Assembly: GCA_034409565.1 (NCBI GenBank)
Contig: DAOUMS010000015.1
Location: forward strand, 23,227 to 87,226
Length of the DNA: 64,000 bases
Direction of reading: 5' to 3'
From: Dehalococcoidales bacterium
Lineage (GTDB): Bacteria > Chloroflexota > Dehalococcoidia > Dehalococcoidales > RBG-16-60-22
This document shows, piece after piece, positions 55,198 through 63,880 of this stretch (position 1 is the first letter of the stretch; every line of letters begins with the position of its first letter). Position numbers and translations under genes: made by a program. The notes under the pieces were generated by a model. That model searched no databases and had not been told where the DNA came from. It worked only from the letters and a program-made list of their open reading frames with translations.

Positions 55198-56193
55198 TTA
55201 CCGCTTCTTAAGCTTCTCGGTAAGCAGCGGCACCACCTGGAACAGGTCGCCCACGATGCCATAGGTAGCCACCTCAAAGATGGGGGCGCGAGAGTCATCA
55301 TTTATGGCGACAATGCACTCCGAGGTCTGCATGCCCACCACGTGCTGCAGTGCCCCGGAAAGACCCACTGCAATGTAAAGTCTGGGGCAGACCGTTTTCC
55401 CGGTCTGGCCTATCTGGTGCGAGTAGCCAATCCACCCCTCATCCACCACGGCACGCGTGGCGCCCACCGCCGCGCCCATGACCTGCGCCAGCTCCCGGAG
55501 CATCTCAAAATTCTCCCCTTTCCCCAGACCGCGCCCCCCGGCCACGATGACATCCGCCTCCTCGATCTTCACCGTCTCCACAATCTCAGCAACAAAGTCG
55601 AGCAGCTTCGTCCGCGAGGTAATGCGCTCCCGGTCAAAATTCACTTTTATTATTTCGCCTTTGCGGCGGTTGTCCGGCTCACGCCGGGAAAAGACGTGAG
55701 GACGCACCGTCGCCATCTGCGGTCGCGCTTCGGGACAGGTAATGACCGCCATGATATTGCCACCGAACGTGGGTTTCGTTTGTAGCAAAAGCCTTTTCTC
55801 GACATCAACATCAAGCTCAATACAGTCGGCGGAAAGCCCGGTGGGCAGCGCCGCCGCCACACGGGGATTGAAAGCTCGCCCCAGTGCGGTGGCCCCGGCC
55901 AGGACAATCTCCGGTCGGTGCTGCTGGATAAGCTCGGTGAGTTGCTGCGTTAATAGGTCTTCCTGGTTGCTGGCCAGGTCGGGACTATCCACAAGATAAA
56001 CTTTATCGGCGCCGTGGGCAATCAACCGCTCAACCTCTTTAACGCCATGACCACAACAGACGGCGCTTAATTCCACCGACAGTGCATCGGCCAGTTCCCG
56101 GCCTCTGGCTAAAAGCTCGTAGGCGACGCTCTTGATTTCGCCGTTTCGCTGCTCGGCGAATACCCAGACTCCCTGATAAGCCCTGTCTCCCAT
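55198..56193 (-). CDS. etfA: Electron transfer flavoprotein alpha subunit
   Basis: TGLSADC, VAGGRG, VGATRAVVD, QIGQTG, GLSGALQH. Confidence 0.93.
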   Translation of the reverse strand: MGDRAYQGVWVFAEQRNGEIKSVAYELLARGRELADALSVELSAVCCGHGVKEVERLIAHGADKVYLVDSPDLASNQEDLLTQQLTELIQQHRPEIVLAGATALGRAFNPRVAAALPTGLSADCIELDVDVEKRLLLQTKPTFGGNIMAVITCPEARPQMATVRPHVFSRREPDNRRKGEIIKVNFDRERITSRTKLLDFVAEIVETVKIEEADVIVAGGRGLGKGENFEMLRELAQVMGAAVGATRAVVDEGWIGYSHQIGQTGKTVCPRLYIAVGLSGALQHVVGMQTSECIVAINDDSRAPIFEVATYGIVGDLFQVVPLLTEKLKKR

Positions 56194-56205
56194 ACCTCTC
56201 TGCCT

Positions 56206-56991
56206 TTATACCAGTCCGTTATCCTTCAGCCGGCCAATAAGGCAAGCCACCTGGTCGGCCACGTCCCCCTGAAATATCTCACCGTGGCAGACCCGCTCTG
56301 GGGAAAATATCCTTATGACCCGGGTAAAAGAGCCGGACAGGCCAACCTTATCCGGTTCTAAGTTTAACTCTTTGCTGCCCCAGGCAGGGATGGCGGCGCT
56401 TTTCGACCGGGCGATGCCGCGCAGCGAGGGCAGGCGCGGCGTATTTATTTCCTTGACCACGGTGATTACTGCTGGCAAGGGGCTGGCTATGATTTCATAC
56501 CCGCCCTCCACCATGCGCCGGACGCGCATGACGCCATCGGCCACTTCTTCTATCTGGCTAACGTAAGCGAGAAACGGGACTGCCAGCATCTCGGCGAGCT
56601 GCGGGCCGACCTGTCCGGTATCACCGTCTAGCGTCTGCCGACCGCACACGATAAGGTCGTACTGCCCCAGCTTGCGCAGCGCCACCGAAAGCGTATAAGA
56701 GGTTGCCCAAGTATCAGCACCGGCAAAAGCCGGGTCGCTTAACAGAATCCCCTCATCGGCACCAAGTGAAACGGCTTCTCGCAGGGCAGCTTCCGCCTGC
56801 GGGGGGCCCATGCTGATGGCGGTTACCTTGCCGCCAAACCGCTCCCTCAGCCGGACGCCTTCCTCAATGGCATAGGTATCAAAGGGATTGATGATGTTTT
56901 CGATTCCCTGGCGGATAAGGGTATTGGTGGCGTGGTCAATTTTCACCTGCGTGGTGCCCGGCACCTGCTTCAGGCAGACGACGACATTCAT
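56206..56991 (-). CDS. etfB: Electron transfer flavoprotein beta subunit
   Basis: CLKQVP, NPFD, SMGP, FAGADTWAT, GRQTLDGDTGQVGP. Confidence 0.93.
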   Translation of the reverse strand: MNVVVCLKQVPGTTQVKIDHATNTLIRQGIENIINPFDTYAIEEGVRLRERFGGKVTAISMGPPQAEAALREAVSLGADEGILLSDPAFAGADTWATSYTLSVALRKLGQYDLIVCGRQTLDGDTGQVGPQLAEMLAVPFLAYVSQIEEVADGVMRVRRMVEGGYEIIASPLPAVITVVKEINTPRLPSLRGIARSKSAAIPAWGSKELNLEPDKVGLSGSFTRVIRIFSPERVCHGEIFQGDVADQVACLIGRLKDNGLV

Positions 56992-58148
56992 TCCGTCCGT
57001 GCCTTTCGTTTTCTCAGTTCCGCGGCAATGGCGCCGCGCAGGACCTGATTGGCGCCTTCATATATCTGGGTGATTTTGGCGTCCCGCATCATCTTCTCCA
57101 CCGGGTAGTCCTTCATATAGCCAGTGCCGCCGCAGACCTGCACCGCGTCCGTGGTCACTCTCATGGCCACATCGGAGGCGAAGACCTTGGCCATGGACGA
57201 CTCTTCCGTAATCCTCTTGTTAGTGCTGCTGTCCACCGTCCTGGCCGCCGCATAGACCAGCGCCCGGGCGGCTTCCACCTGTATCGCCATCTCCGCCAGC
57301 ATATCCTGCACCACCGGCAGGGTGATAATCGGCTGGCCGAACTGGATACGCTGCTGGGCATAGTCCACCGCCGCTTCCAGTGCCCCCTGCGCAATGCCCA
57401 CCGCCTGTGCGCCGATTCCCGGCCGCGAGCGGTCGAAGAGCCGCATCGCCTGGATAAATCCCAGGCCCGGCCTGCCGACGAGGTTCTCCTCGGGAACGAG
57501 GCAGTTGCGGAAGATGAGCTCCCCGGTGGCTGATGCCCGGATGCCCATCTTCTTTTCCTTCTTACCAAAGGTGAAGCCCGGCGTCCCCTTCTCCACGAGA
57601 ATGGCACTGGCACCACGGGCACCCTTGGTCTTATCGGTCAGAGCAATCACCGTGTAGAGCTCGGCTTCACCGGCATTGGTGATAAACTGCTTGGTGCCGT
57701 TGAGCACATAGCCCCCTTCAACCTTATCCGCGGTCATCTTTACGGCACCGGCATCGCTGCCCGCCGTTGGCTCACTGAGGGCGAAAGCGGTCAACTTTTT
57801 GCCGGCGGCAATATCCGGGAGGTACTTCCTTTTCTGCTCCTCGGTACCATACTCTATCACCGTATAGGCACCGAGGGCATTTACGGCATAAGTGGTCGCC
57901 ACGCCGCCACACACCCGGCTCAACTCCTCCACCACCAGACACAGTTCCAAGCAGCCACCGCCCAGCCCTTCATAATCTGCGGGGACGAAAACGCGCAACA
58001 TATCGGCCTCAGACAGGTCTTTGATGATTGCCCAGGGGAACTCTCCCTTTTCGTCGAGTTCGGCGCGGACGGGCAGGATTCTCTCCTCAGCAATCTTCCG
58101 GGCCAGGCTTTTGATTGTCCGCTGTTCTTCGGTTAAGAAATAATCCAA
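56988..58148 (-). CDS. Acyl-CoA dehydrogenase (short-chain/butyryl-CoA type)
   Basis: FALSEPTAGSD, GTKQFITN, KMGIR, QRIQFG, RDAKITQIYEGAN. Confidence 0.92.
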   Translation of the reverse strand: MDYFLTEEQRTIKSLARKIAEERILPVRAELDEKGEFPWAIIKDLSEADMLRVFVPADYEGLGGGCLELCLVVEELSRVCGGVATTYAVNALGAYTVIEYGTEEQKRKYLPDIAAGKKLTAFALSEPTAGSDAGAVKMTADKVEGGYVLNGTKQFITNAGEAELYTVIALTDKTKGARGASAILVEKGTPGFTFGKKEKKMGIRASATGELIFRNCLVPEENLVGRPGLGFIQAMRLFDRSRPGIGAQAVGIAQGALEAAVDYAQQRIQFGQPIITLPVVQDMLAEMAIQVEAARALVYAAARTVDSSTNKRITEESSMAKVFASDVAMRVTTDAVQVCGGTGYMKDYPVEKMMRDAKITQIYEGANQVLRGAIAAELRKRKARTE

Positions 58149-58299
58149 GGGTATGCTCCTTTCCTATCCGCTGCTTTCCATCGCTGGCGATTAACAGGGG
58201 GAAGGCATGGAAAAATATTTTAAAACCCTGTCGTAGAAATCAAGTAGAATTATAGGTAAATTACCTTGCTAGCGTCAAGGTAGCAACATCAAATCCACC

Positions 58300-58328
58300 T
58301 TGACAGAGTCTTTTACGACGGCTATACT
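58300..58328 (+). promoter_or_regulatory. Sigma70 promoter of the Lrp/AsnC gene
   Basis: TTGACA-17 nt-TATACT. Confidence 0.65.
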
Positions 58329-58384
58329 ACCGATTGCCAGGTACAGGTGACGGGGGTCAGTCTGGCGAAAAGGGGGTGCAGCCG

Positions 58385-58615
58385 ATGGCAGCCAAAGCAT
58401 TTGTTTTAATTGAGACGGAAGTGGGTAAAACCAGAGCCGTTGTTACCGCTTTGCAAAAATTAAAAGGAATTTCGTCAGTCGATACGGTAACCGGTCCATA
58501 TGATATCATTGCTATTTTGCAGGGCGAGAGCCTGAACGATATTGGCGACCTGGTTACCGGGAAGATTCATCCTATTCCCGGCATATCACGGACGGTGACC
58601 TGCCTGGCAATTTAG
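58385..58615 (+). CDS. Stand-alone Lrp/AsnC ligand-binding-domain protein
   Basis: AFVLIETEVG...VTGPYDIIA...I..IPGISRTVT. Start placed at ATG 58385. Confidence 0.8.
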   Translation: MAAKAFVLIETEVGKTRAVVTALQKLKGISSVDTVTGPYDIIAILQGESLNDIGDLVTGKIHPIPGISRTVTCLAI

Positions 58616-58616
58616 G

Positions 58617-59480
58617 TTACGCCTGCAACGCCTTCAATACTTCATTGACTGTCTGCTCATCGGTGGAAGCGCCAGCCGTTATGCCGATGGGGCGTTTGCT
58701 TTTCAGCCATGAAGGCTGAATGTCGGCGGCGGTTTCAATCAGATGGGTTTTTGTTATCTGAGCACACAATTCTGCCAGGCGATTGGTGTTGGCACTGTGA
58801 TGCCCGCCTACCACCAGCATCAGGTCCACCTGCCCGGCCAGTGCGATGGCGGCGGCCTGGCGTTCCCTGATATCGTGGCAGATGGTGTCAATAATCCGCA
58901 TCTCGGAGTCCCGGATAAAGGCGGCATCAATCAGCTTCCTGACGAAATCAATAAAGTGGGTCGGCACCTGCGTGGTCTGGGATAAAATGCCGATGCGGCG
59001 CGGTATCTGGTCCAGTCCGGCAACGAATTTTTCATCAAGTGCGGCCATACCTTTTCCCTTGGTCCAGCCGAGAATACCCTTGACCTCCGGATGTTCGGCA
59101 TCACCGTAGATAACCACCAGAAAACCGGCTTCCGCCAGTCGGCGGGCGGCCGCCTGTGCCCGCAGTACAAACGGACAGGTGGTGCTGATAATCTCAATAT
59201 TCCTGGCCTTTATTTCCTCCTCAAGCTGTGGGCTTATGCCGTGAGAGCTGGTCACCACCACGCTGCCCTGGATGTCGGCCACGTCTTTGGCCACCCTTAC
59301 GCCAATCTCAGCCAGCTTCTGCAGCACCTGCCGGTTATGCACCACCGCCCCCAGCGTTTCCACACCGCCACGTTCACGGGCAACTTTCTCCAGTATGTCA
59401 AGGGCCCGCTTCACACCGAAGCAGAAACCCACCTTGTCCGCTTTCTCGATTTTCACCTGACTAACTTTTTTCGCCACCAT
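58617..59480 (-). CDS. ispH: 4-hydroxy-3-methylbut-2-enyl diphosphate reductase
   Basis: GFCFGVKRA, HNR, SHG, TCPFV, HPEV, SQTT, DTIC, GITAGAST. Start is ATG 59480 or GTG 59456. Confidence 0.92.
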   Translation of the reverse strand: MVAKKVSQVKIEKADKVGFCFGVKRALDILEKVARERGGVETLGAVVHNRQVLQKLAEIGVRVAKDVADIQGSVVVTSSHGISPQLEEEIKARNIEIISTTCPFVLRAQAAARRLAEAGFLVVIYGDAEHPEVKGILGWTKGKGMAALDEKFVAGLDQIPRRIGILSQTTQVPTHFIDFVRKLIDAAFIRDSEMRIIDTICHDIRERQAAAIALAGQVDLMLVVGGHHSANTNRLAELCAQITKTHLIETAADIQPSWLKSKRPIGITAGASTDEQTVNEVLKALQA

Positions 59481-60102
59481 ATTGCCCCCGGTATTCCCCG
59501 GGCAACAGCCCGGCAATCTGCCCCATTATGGAGTGGGTGAACTCCGCAAGCTGTTTTCTGGTCACCTTGCCATTTACTGACGGCAGGGTAAATGGGCGCC
59601 CGATATTCACCGTGATTTCCGGACGGCGTAACCACCAGTTAAAGCCCGTTATTTTTTCGGTGCCACAAATTCCCACCGGCAGGATGGGAACACCGTTACG
59701 CACCGCAATGAGTGCCGGCCCGGAAAAAGCATTGGCCAGTTGCGCTTCCAGGCTGCGCCGGCCCTCCGGAAAGGCGATTAGCGCACCTCCCCGGCCAAAC
59801 AATTTTTCGGCAAAGCGCAGGGCGTCCCGGTTCATGCCCCCGCGCCGTATGGGAAAGGCGCCACATCTATGGAAGATATAACGCGGTATCCGACCGCGGA
59901 ATAGCTCCTCCTTGGCCAGAAACATCGCTTCCCGTTTGATGCCGATACCCACCAGCGGCGGGTCCGCCATGCTGAGATGGTTCGATACCACCAGCAGCGG
60001 CCCTTCAACCGGAACATGCTCTCTGCCGAACACCCTGAACCTGGTTAAGAGAAACGCAAGCACCTGCGTCAAAGTACGGCCAACATAGTAAATCCAGTGC
60101 AT
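59461..60102 (-). CDS. plsC: 1-acyl-sn-glycerol-3-phosphate acyltransferase
   Basis: NHLSMAD, FLAKEEL, FPIRR, FPEGRRS. Confidence 0.9.
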   Translation of the reverse strand: MHWIYYVGRTLTQVLAFLLTRFRVFGREHVPVEGPLLVVSNHLSMADPPLVGIGIKREAMFLAKEELFRGRIPRYIFHRCGAFPIRRGGMNRDALRFAEKLFGRGGALIAFPEGRRSLEAQLANAFSGPALIAVRNGVPILPVGICGTEKITGFNWWLRRPEITVNIGRPFTLPSVNGKVTRKQLAEFTHSIMGQIAGLLPGEYRGQYGGEKS

Positions 60103-60135
60103 TTCTTCCTACAGGAAGATATGGTATTTCTCTCA

Positions 60136-60164
60136 ATTATAGCGGTGGGGCGAGTCAAAGGCAA
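60136..60164 (-). promoter_or_regulatory. Putative promoter of plsC-ispH
   Basis: TTGCCT-17 nt-TATAAT on the minus strand. Confidence 0.5.
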
Positions 60165-60178
60165 TTTAGGTTGATGCA

Positions 60179-60922
60179 CTAAGGAATAGGGAATACGTTA
60201 CCATTACTGTGGAAATCCCTCAGGACTTTCCCATAAACTCCGTTTACAAGGTCGTTTAACTTTTTAACTATGCTATTACAATAGTTTATTGCAACCCGAC
60301 GCCGTGTAAATGTGAAGGGCCTAGTTTGAGGATTGTCAGGCAATTTAATATCCTCTGTCAATTTATACTTGTTTTCAACCTGGTCATAGCTAAATTTTAT
60401 ATTATCATACCTAATTAAACTTTCATGTGTTGTGCAATGCCTAAAGGGTTCGAATTCGATAAACCATCGCTGGCGAATTTGCATATCTAGAAATCGGCTA
60501 GTTTCCGACGCGTTATGACTAACTGATAACATTTGATTAGCGGTGGATATGTATATATTACGAGGCACTCGGGGAACTGTAAATAAAGTATACAATTCGT
60601 GTCCAAGCGTATCCATCACACTCATAGCATTCATAAAAAAACCATCTAGAAAAAGATTCATATACAGACAATATCCATGTGTATCAAGCAGAGGTTCTTG
60701 TGCTGTTGTGACTGCAGATTGTGTAGATTGTGTGGCCGTAGAGGAAGGGAATACCTTAAATTGATTTATATCAAGGTCTTGAATTGACTTACGATAATAC
60801 TCTACTGACCACAGCTTTTGACTCACAGAGCTATGAAAAAGATTGAAATCAAACAATAAGCGACTATCAGTTACTGCCCTATTATAGAATTCACGTATTT
60901 GTTGATGATCTGGTTGTGACAT
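60179..60922 (-). CDS. Putative HEPN-superfamily RNase (Cthe_2314-like)
   Basis: Helical protein with FLDGFFMNAMSVMDTLGHEL and the Rx4H motif RHCTTH (60425-60442). AT-rich. ATG 60922 preferred to TTG 60934. Confidence 0.65.
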   Translation of the reverse strand: MSQPDHQQIREFYNRAVTDSRLLFDFNLFHSSVSQKLWSVEYYRKSIQDLDINQFKVFPSSTATQSTQSAVTTAQEPLLDTHGYCLYMNLFLDGFFMNAMSVMDTLGHELYTLFTVPRVPRNIYISTANQMLSVSHNASETSRFLDMQIRQRWFIEFEPFRHCTTHESLIRYDNIKFSYDQVENKYKLTEDIKLPDNPQTRPFTFTRRRVAINYCNSIVKKLNDLVNGVYGKVLRDFHSNGNVFPIP

Positions 60923-60956
60923 ATATTTACACAACCTTATAACATACTAATCGAAG

Positions 60957-61697
60957 TCATTCCCCATGATATTCTTTTCTCTGTATCCAGTTAGGTTTTT
61001 CGGAAGGAGCAAACAACAGGACATCGATGGGACCGCCAACATTCTTTGGTCGTGCCTGAAAACGCATCGTATCTATAGTAGTTCGAATAGCAAACACCGC
61101 AAAATCTATAGCATCTTGTAGAGTCATAGCATCCCATATTATTGGAGCCGGGGCACGAATGACTTTTTCCTGTCCTTTCTCGTCTGCTATTACCACGGGA
61201 TTTATTATGGAAGTAAGTATGTCAGTCTGCCCGGACCAGCTGGCACCATACGCAACTGTCTTGTTCGGTCTTACATTTCGTCTTTCAACTTTATTATTTC
61301 CTACATGGCAGCGAAAAACGTAAGGAATGCTGAGTTTTTGTTCTTTTTTATATCCCGCAACGTGGAACCCGGCATCTGCTTTAGGTGCAAAACTACGAAA
61401 ATAGTCTATTAATTTCTGAGGGATTGTTGTAACATCGTCTGCTGCTACTAATGTTTCTTCAATGAAACCTCTTAAGTATCGGGCCATAGGCACGCCGTTA
61501 ATCATATCCTGACCATAGTTTGATATACCGACCTGTTGCTCCTCTAGTAAAAAGGTCTTAGTAACAGCATCTGAATTCACTGTCTCGACCTTCACATCTC
61601 TTCCGTCTGGAGCTTTTCCTTCAACGGTCACAGATTGCCTGCTATCAGAAGCCATAACAATACCTTCTGGAACGTAAACAACAATAATTAATGACAT
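60957..61697 (-). CDS. Ntn-hydrolase, proteasome beta-like, with N-terminal Ser
   Basis: (M)SLIIVVYVPEGIVMASDSR...K, FHVAGY, DAIDFAVFAI...VGGPIDV. RBS GGAGG. Confidence 0.7.
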   Translation of the reverse strand: MSLIIVVYVPEGIVMASDSRQSVTVEGKAPDGRDVKVETVNSDAVTKTFLLEEQQVGISNYGQDMINGVPMARYLRGFIEETLVAADDVTTIPQKLIDYFRSFAPKADAGFHVAGYKKEQKLSIPYVFRCHVGNNKVERRNVRPNKTVAYGASWSGQTDILTSIINPVVIADEKGQEKVIRAPAPIIWDAMTLQDAIDFAVFAIRTTIDTMRFQARPKNVGGPIDVLLFAPSEKPNWIQRKEYHGE

Positions 61698-61744
61698 TCC
61701 GAACCTCCAATACTCTTACATGGCTGTAATTAAAAAGCAACAGA

Positions 61745-61772
61745 ATTATAATCCTAATATAGAAAATGTCAA
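61745..61772 (-). promoter_or_regulatory. Consensus sigma70 promoter of the Ntn-HEPN cassette
   Basis: TTGACA-16 nt-TATAAT on the minus strand. Confidence 0.75.
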
Positions 61773-61823
61773 TACCTAGATTAACTAGCTACATTAAAAA
61801 ATTGACGAAGTGTTACTTTTGAA

Positions 61824-63599
61824 CTACAGAATCAAGTTCAGCAGGCCGCCCACGGAAAGGGAAACTATAACCATGACGGCGGCGGCCTTGAGCATCCCGG
61901 TGGTGCCCAGCTCCCGCAGCAGGACGACAAAGGTGGCGATGCAGGGGAAGAACATGGCCAGCACCACGCTGCCCACGACCAGCTGTCCTGAGGTTAGCGC
62001 CAGAGGCGCCAGCATACCCACGGCCACGTCCTTGCGCAGGAAGCCGATGGCCAGCGCCACCACCGCTTCCTTGGGCAACCCCAGCAGGCCGGTTACCACC
62101 GGCGCCGTGAAATCGGCGATGGCATTGAAGACACCCAGGGCATACAGTATGTTCATCACCAGAACCGCGCCCAGAATAATCGGGATGGCTTCACGCAGGA
62201 AACCATGAACCCTGAGCCACAGCTTCTGCAACACGGTACGCCACGGCGGTATACGATAGGGTGGAATCTCGATTAATAGCTCGGGGCTGAAGCCCTTTAT
62301 CAGGCGATTGAGAATAAAGCCGAGTATGACCCAGACCAAGAACAGGGTCCCGTAGACGATGGCGACATACTGAATCCCGCGCTGTCCCACCAGGCCAAAG
62401 ACCATGGCCTGCAGCGCCGCGCAGGGCACGGCAATGGAAATAAGCGTGGCCGCGATGAACCTCTCCCGTTTGCTTTCCAGTATCCTGGTCGCCAGAATTG
62501 CCGGCACGTTGCAGCCAAGCCCCAGCAAGGTGGGGATAATGGCGTAACCGTGAAGGCCCAGGCGGTGCATGATGGTATCCATGAGAACGGCCAGACGCGG
62601 CAGATAGCCGATGTCCTCCAGCAGCCCGAGCAAGAGGTAGAAAGAGACGATGTATGGCAGCACCATGGCAAAAGGCACATAGAGCCCGGTGGTCAGTAAA
62701 CCGAACGACTCGACGTAATTGACCTCACCGGCCGCGATATTGCCGAGCAGTGCTGCATGGAAGATGCCGGAGCCGCCCATCAGGTTGCTCAGCCACAATA
62801 TCACCGGCGTCCAGAGGTGCTCGAACAGGGGGTCCAGGACGTAGGTTATCAGGCTTTCCCCGACGAAGCGGATACCAAAGAATGTGCCGGCAAGGACGAC
62901 CGCCGCGATGACTATGCCGGTTATTGGTCGGACGCTGGCATCTTCCAGGCGCTCCAGCCAGGTATGATGACGGTGGGTCACCTGCTGCACCTGTTCCACA
63001 ATGCTGCCAATGGCCGCCCACCGCTCATTGTGGCTGGCCTGGGGCAGTCTAAGCGCTCTGGCGGCGGGAAGGCTTTCCACCAGCTCTTTTATGCCCTGCC
63101 CGGCCACCGCCACCGTGGGAATAACGGGAACGCCGAGCAAATCCTCAAGCTTCTTTAAATCAATGTGGATGCCGCGGTGACCGACGTCGTCCCACATGTT
63201 CAGGGCTATGACCATCGGGATGCCCTTTTCCAGCAACTGGAGCGTCAGGTTTAGGTTTCTCTCCAGATTGGTGGCATCAACCACATTGATGACCACATCG
63301 CCGGTGGCAAGCATTTTCAGGGCGATTTCCTCTGCCTCCGAGGACGGCTCCAGCCCGTAAGTGCCGGGCACATCAACCACCTCCGCCACCTCCTCCCCAA
63401 TTTTCGTCAGTCCCTGCGTATAACCAACCGTAGTTCCCGGATAGTTGGAGGCGATAACCCGCACGCCTGTCAGTCGTGAAAAAACGACGCTCTTGCCGAC
63501 ATTGGGGTTGCCCATGAGGAGAATTTTCCTCAGGCCGCTTTTTTTACCTCTACCCTTTTTAACGCGGGGGATCGCCCCGTGACACGCCATTCCCCTCAC
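61824..63599 (-). CDS. feoB: Ferrous iron transporter B
   Basis: GNPNVGKS, NYPGTTV, DVPG, NLERNL, NMWD, then a membrane domain with GYLPRLA, GLGCNVPA and FFPC. Confidence 0.93.
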   Translation of the reverse strand: MRGMACHGAIPRVKKGRGKKSGLRKILLMGNPNVGKSVVFSRLTGVRVIASNYPGTTVGYTQGLTKIGEEVAEVVDVPGTYGLEPSSEAEEIALKMLATGDVVINVVDATNLERNLNLTLQLLEKGIPMVIALNMWDDVGHRGIHIDLKKLEDLLGVPVIPTVAVAGQGIKELVESLPAARALRLPQASHNERWAAIGSIVEQVQQVTHRHHTWLERLEDASVRPITGIVIAAVVLAGTFFGIRFVGESLITYVLDPLFEHLWTPVILWLSNLMGGSGIFHAALLGNIAAGEVNYVESFGLLTTGLYVPFAMVLPYIVSFYLLLGLLEDIGYLPRLAVLMDTIMHRLGLHGYAIIPTLLGLGCNVPAILATRILESKRERFIAATLISIAVPCAALQAMVFGLVGQRGIQYVAIVYGTLFLVWVILGFILNRLIKGFSPELLIEIPPYRIPPWRTVLQKLWLRVHGFLREAIPIILGAVLVMNILYALGVFNAIADFTAPVVTGLLGLPKEAVVALAIGFLRKDVAVGMLAPLALTSGQLVVGSVVLAMFFPCIATFVVLLRELGTTGMLKAAAVMVIVSLSVGGLLNLIL

Positions 63600-63602
63600 C
63601 TA

Positions 63603-63848
63603 TCACGACTCAAGCTCAACCAGGATTCTGCTTGCCATGCCGAAGCCAATAGCCAGGCGGGTATTGCCCACCTGAACGGTAACCGGGCCGCGCATCAGCA
63701 TGGAACTGACCTTGGTAATTTTTTTACCCGGTCTGATGCCCATAGCGCTGAGGCGACTTATCAGTCCCATCCCTCCATCAACTCTCAACACCGTGCCCCT
63801 CTGCCCGGCATACATCTGACTTAGACTAACCCACTTTGTCATCGTCAT
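63603..63848 (-). CDS. feoA: FeoA domain protein
   Basis: RLSAMGIRPG...GPVTVQVGNTRLAIG. Confidence 0.9.
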   Translation of the reverse strand: MTMTKWVSLSQMYAGQRGTVLRVDGGMGLISRLSAMGIRPGKKITKVSSMLMRGPVTVQVGNTRLAIGFGMASRILVELES

Positions 63849-63880
63849 ATATCACCTTTTTCTCCGGAGCAATGCCGCCA

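Larger units (their letters stand above)
60179..61800 (-). other. AT-rich inserted two-gene islet between feoB and plsC
   Basis: Hand-counted 60-nt lines: 14/60 GC (60361) and 26/60 (61321), against 39/60 (59701) and 33/60 (62101) in the flanks. No integrase or att repeat seen. Confidence 0.65.

Noticed and set aside
60100-61830. Mobile-element hallmarks around the AT-rich islet
   Set aside because: No integrase, transposase, tRNA target, terminal inverted repeats or direct repeats were found by eye, so it is not called a mobile element.
461-63158. Many long antisense or alternate-frame ORFs in the track (e.g. 461..901, 14058..15053, 26749..27603, 29635..30582, 39966..41174, 52313..53224)
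   Set aside because: They lie entirely over well-supported genes, lack RBS and family motifs, and are the expected shadows of GC-rich coding DNA.
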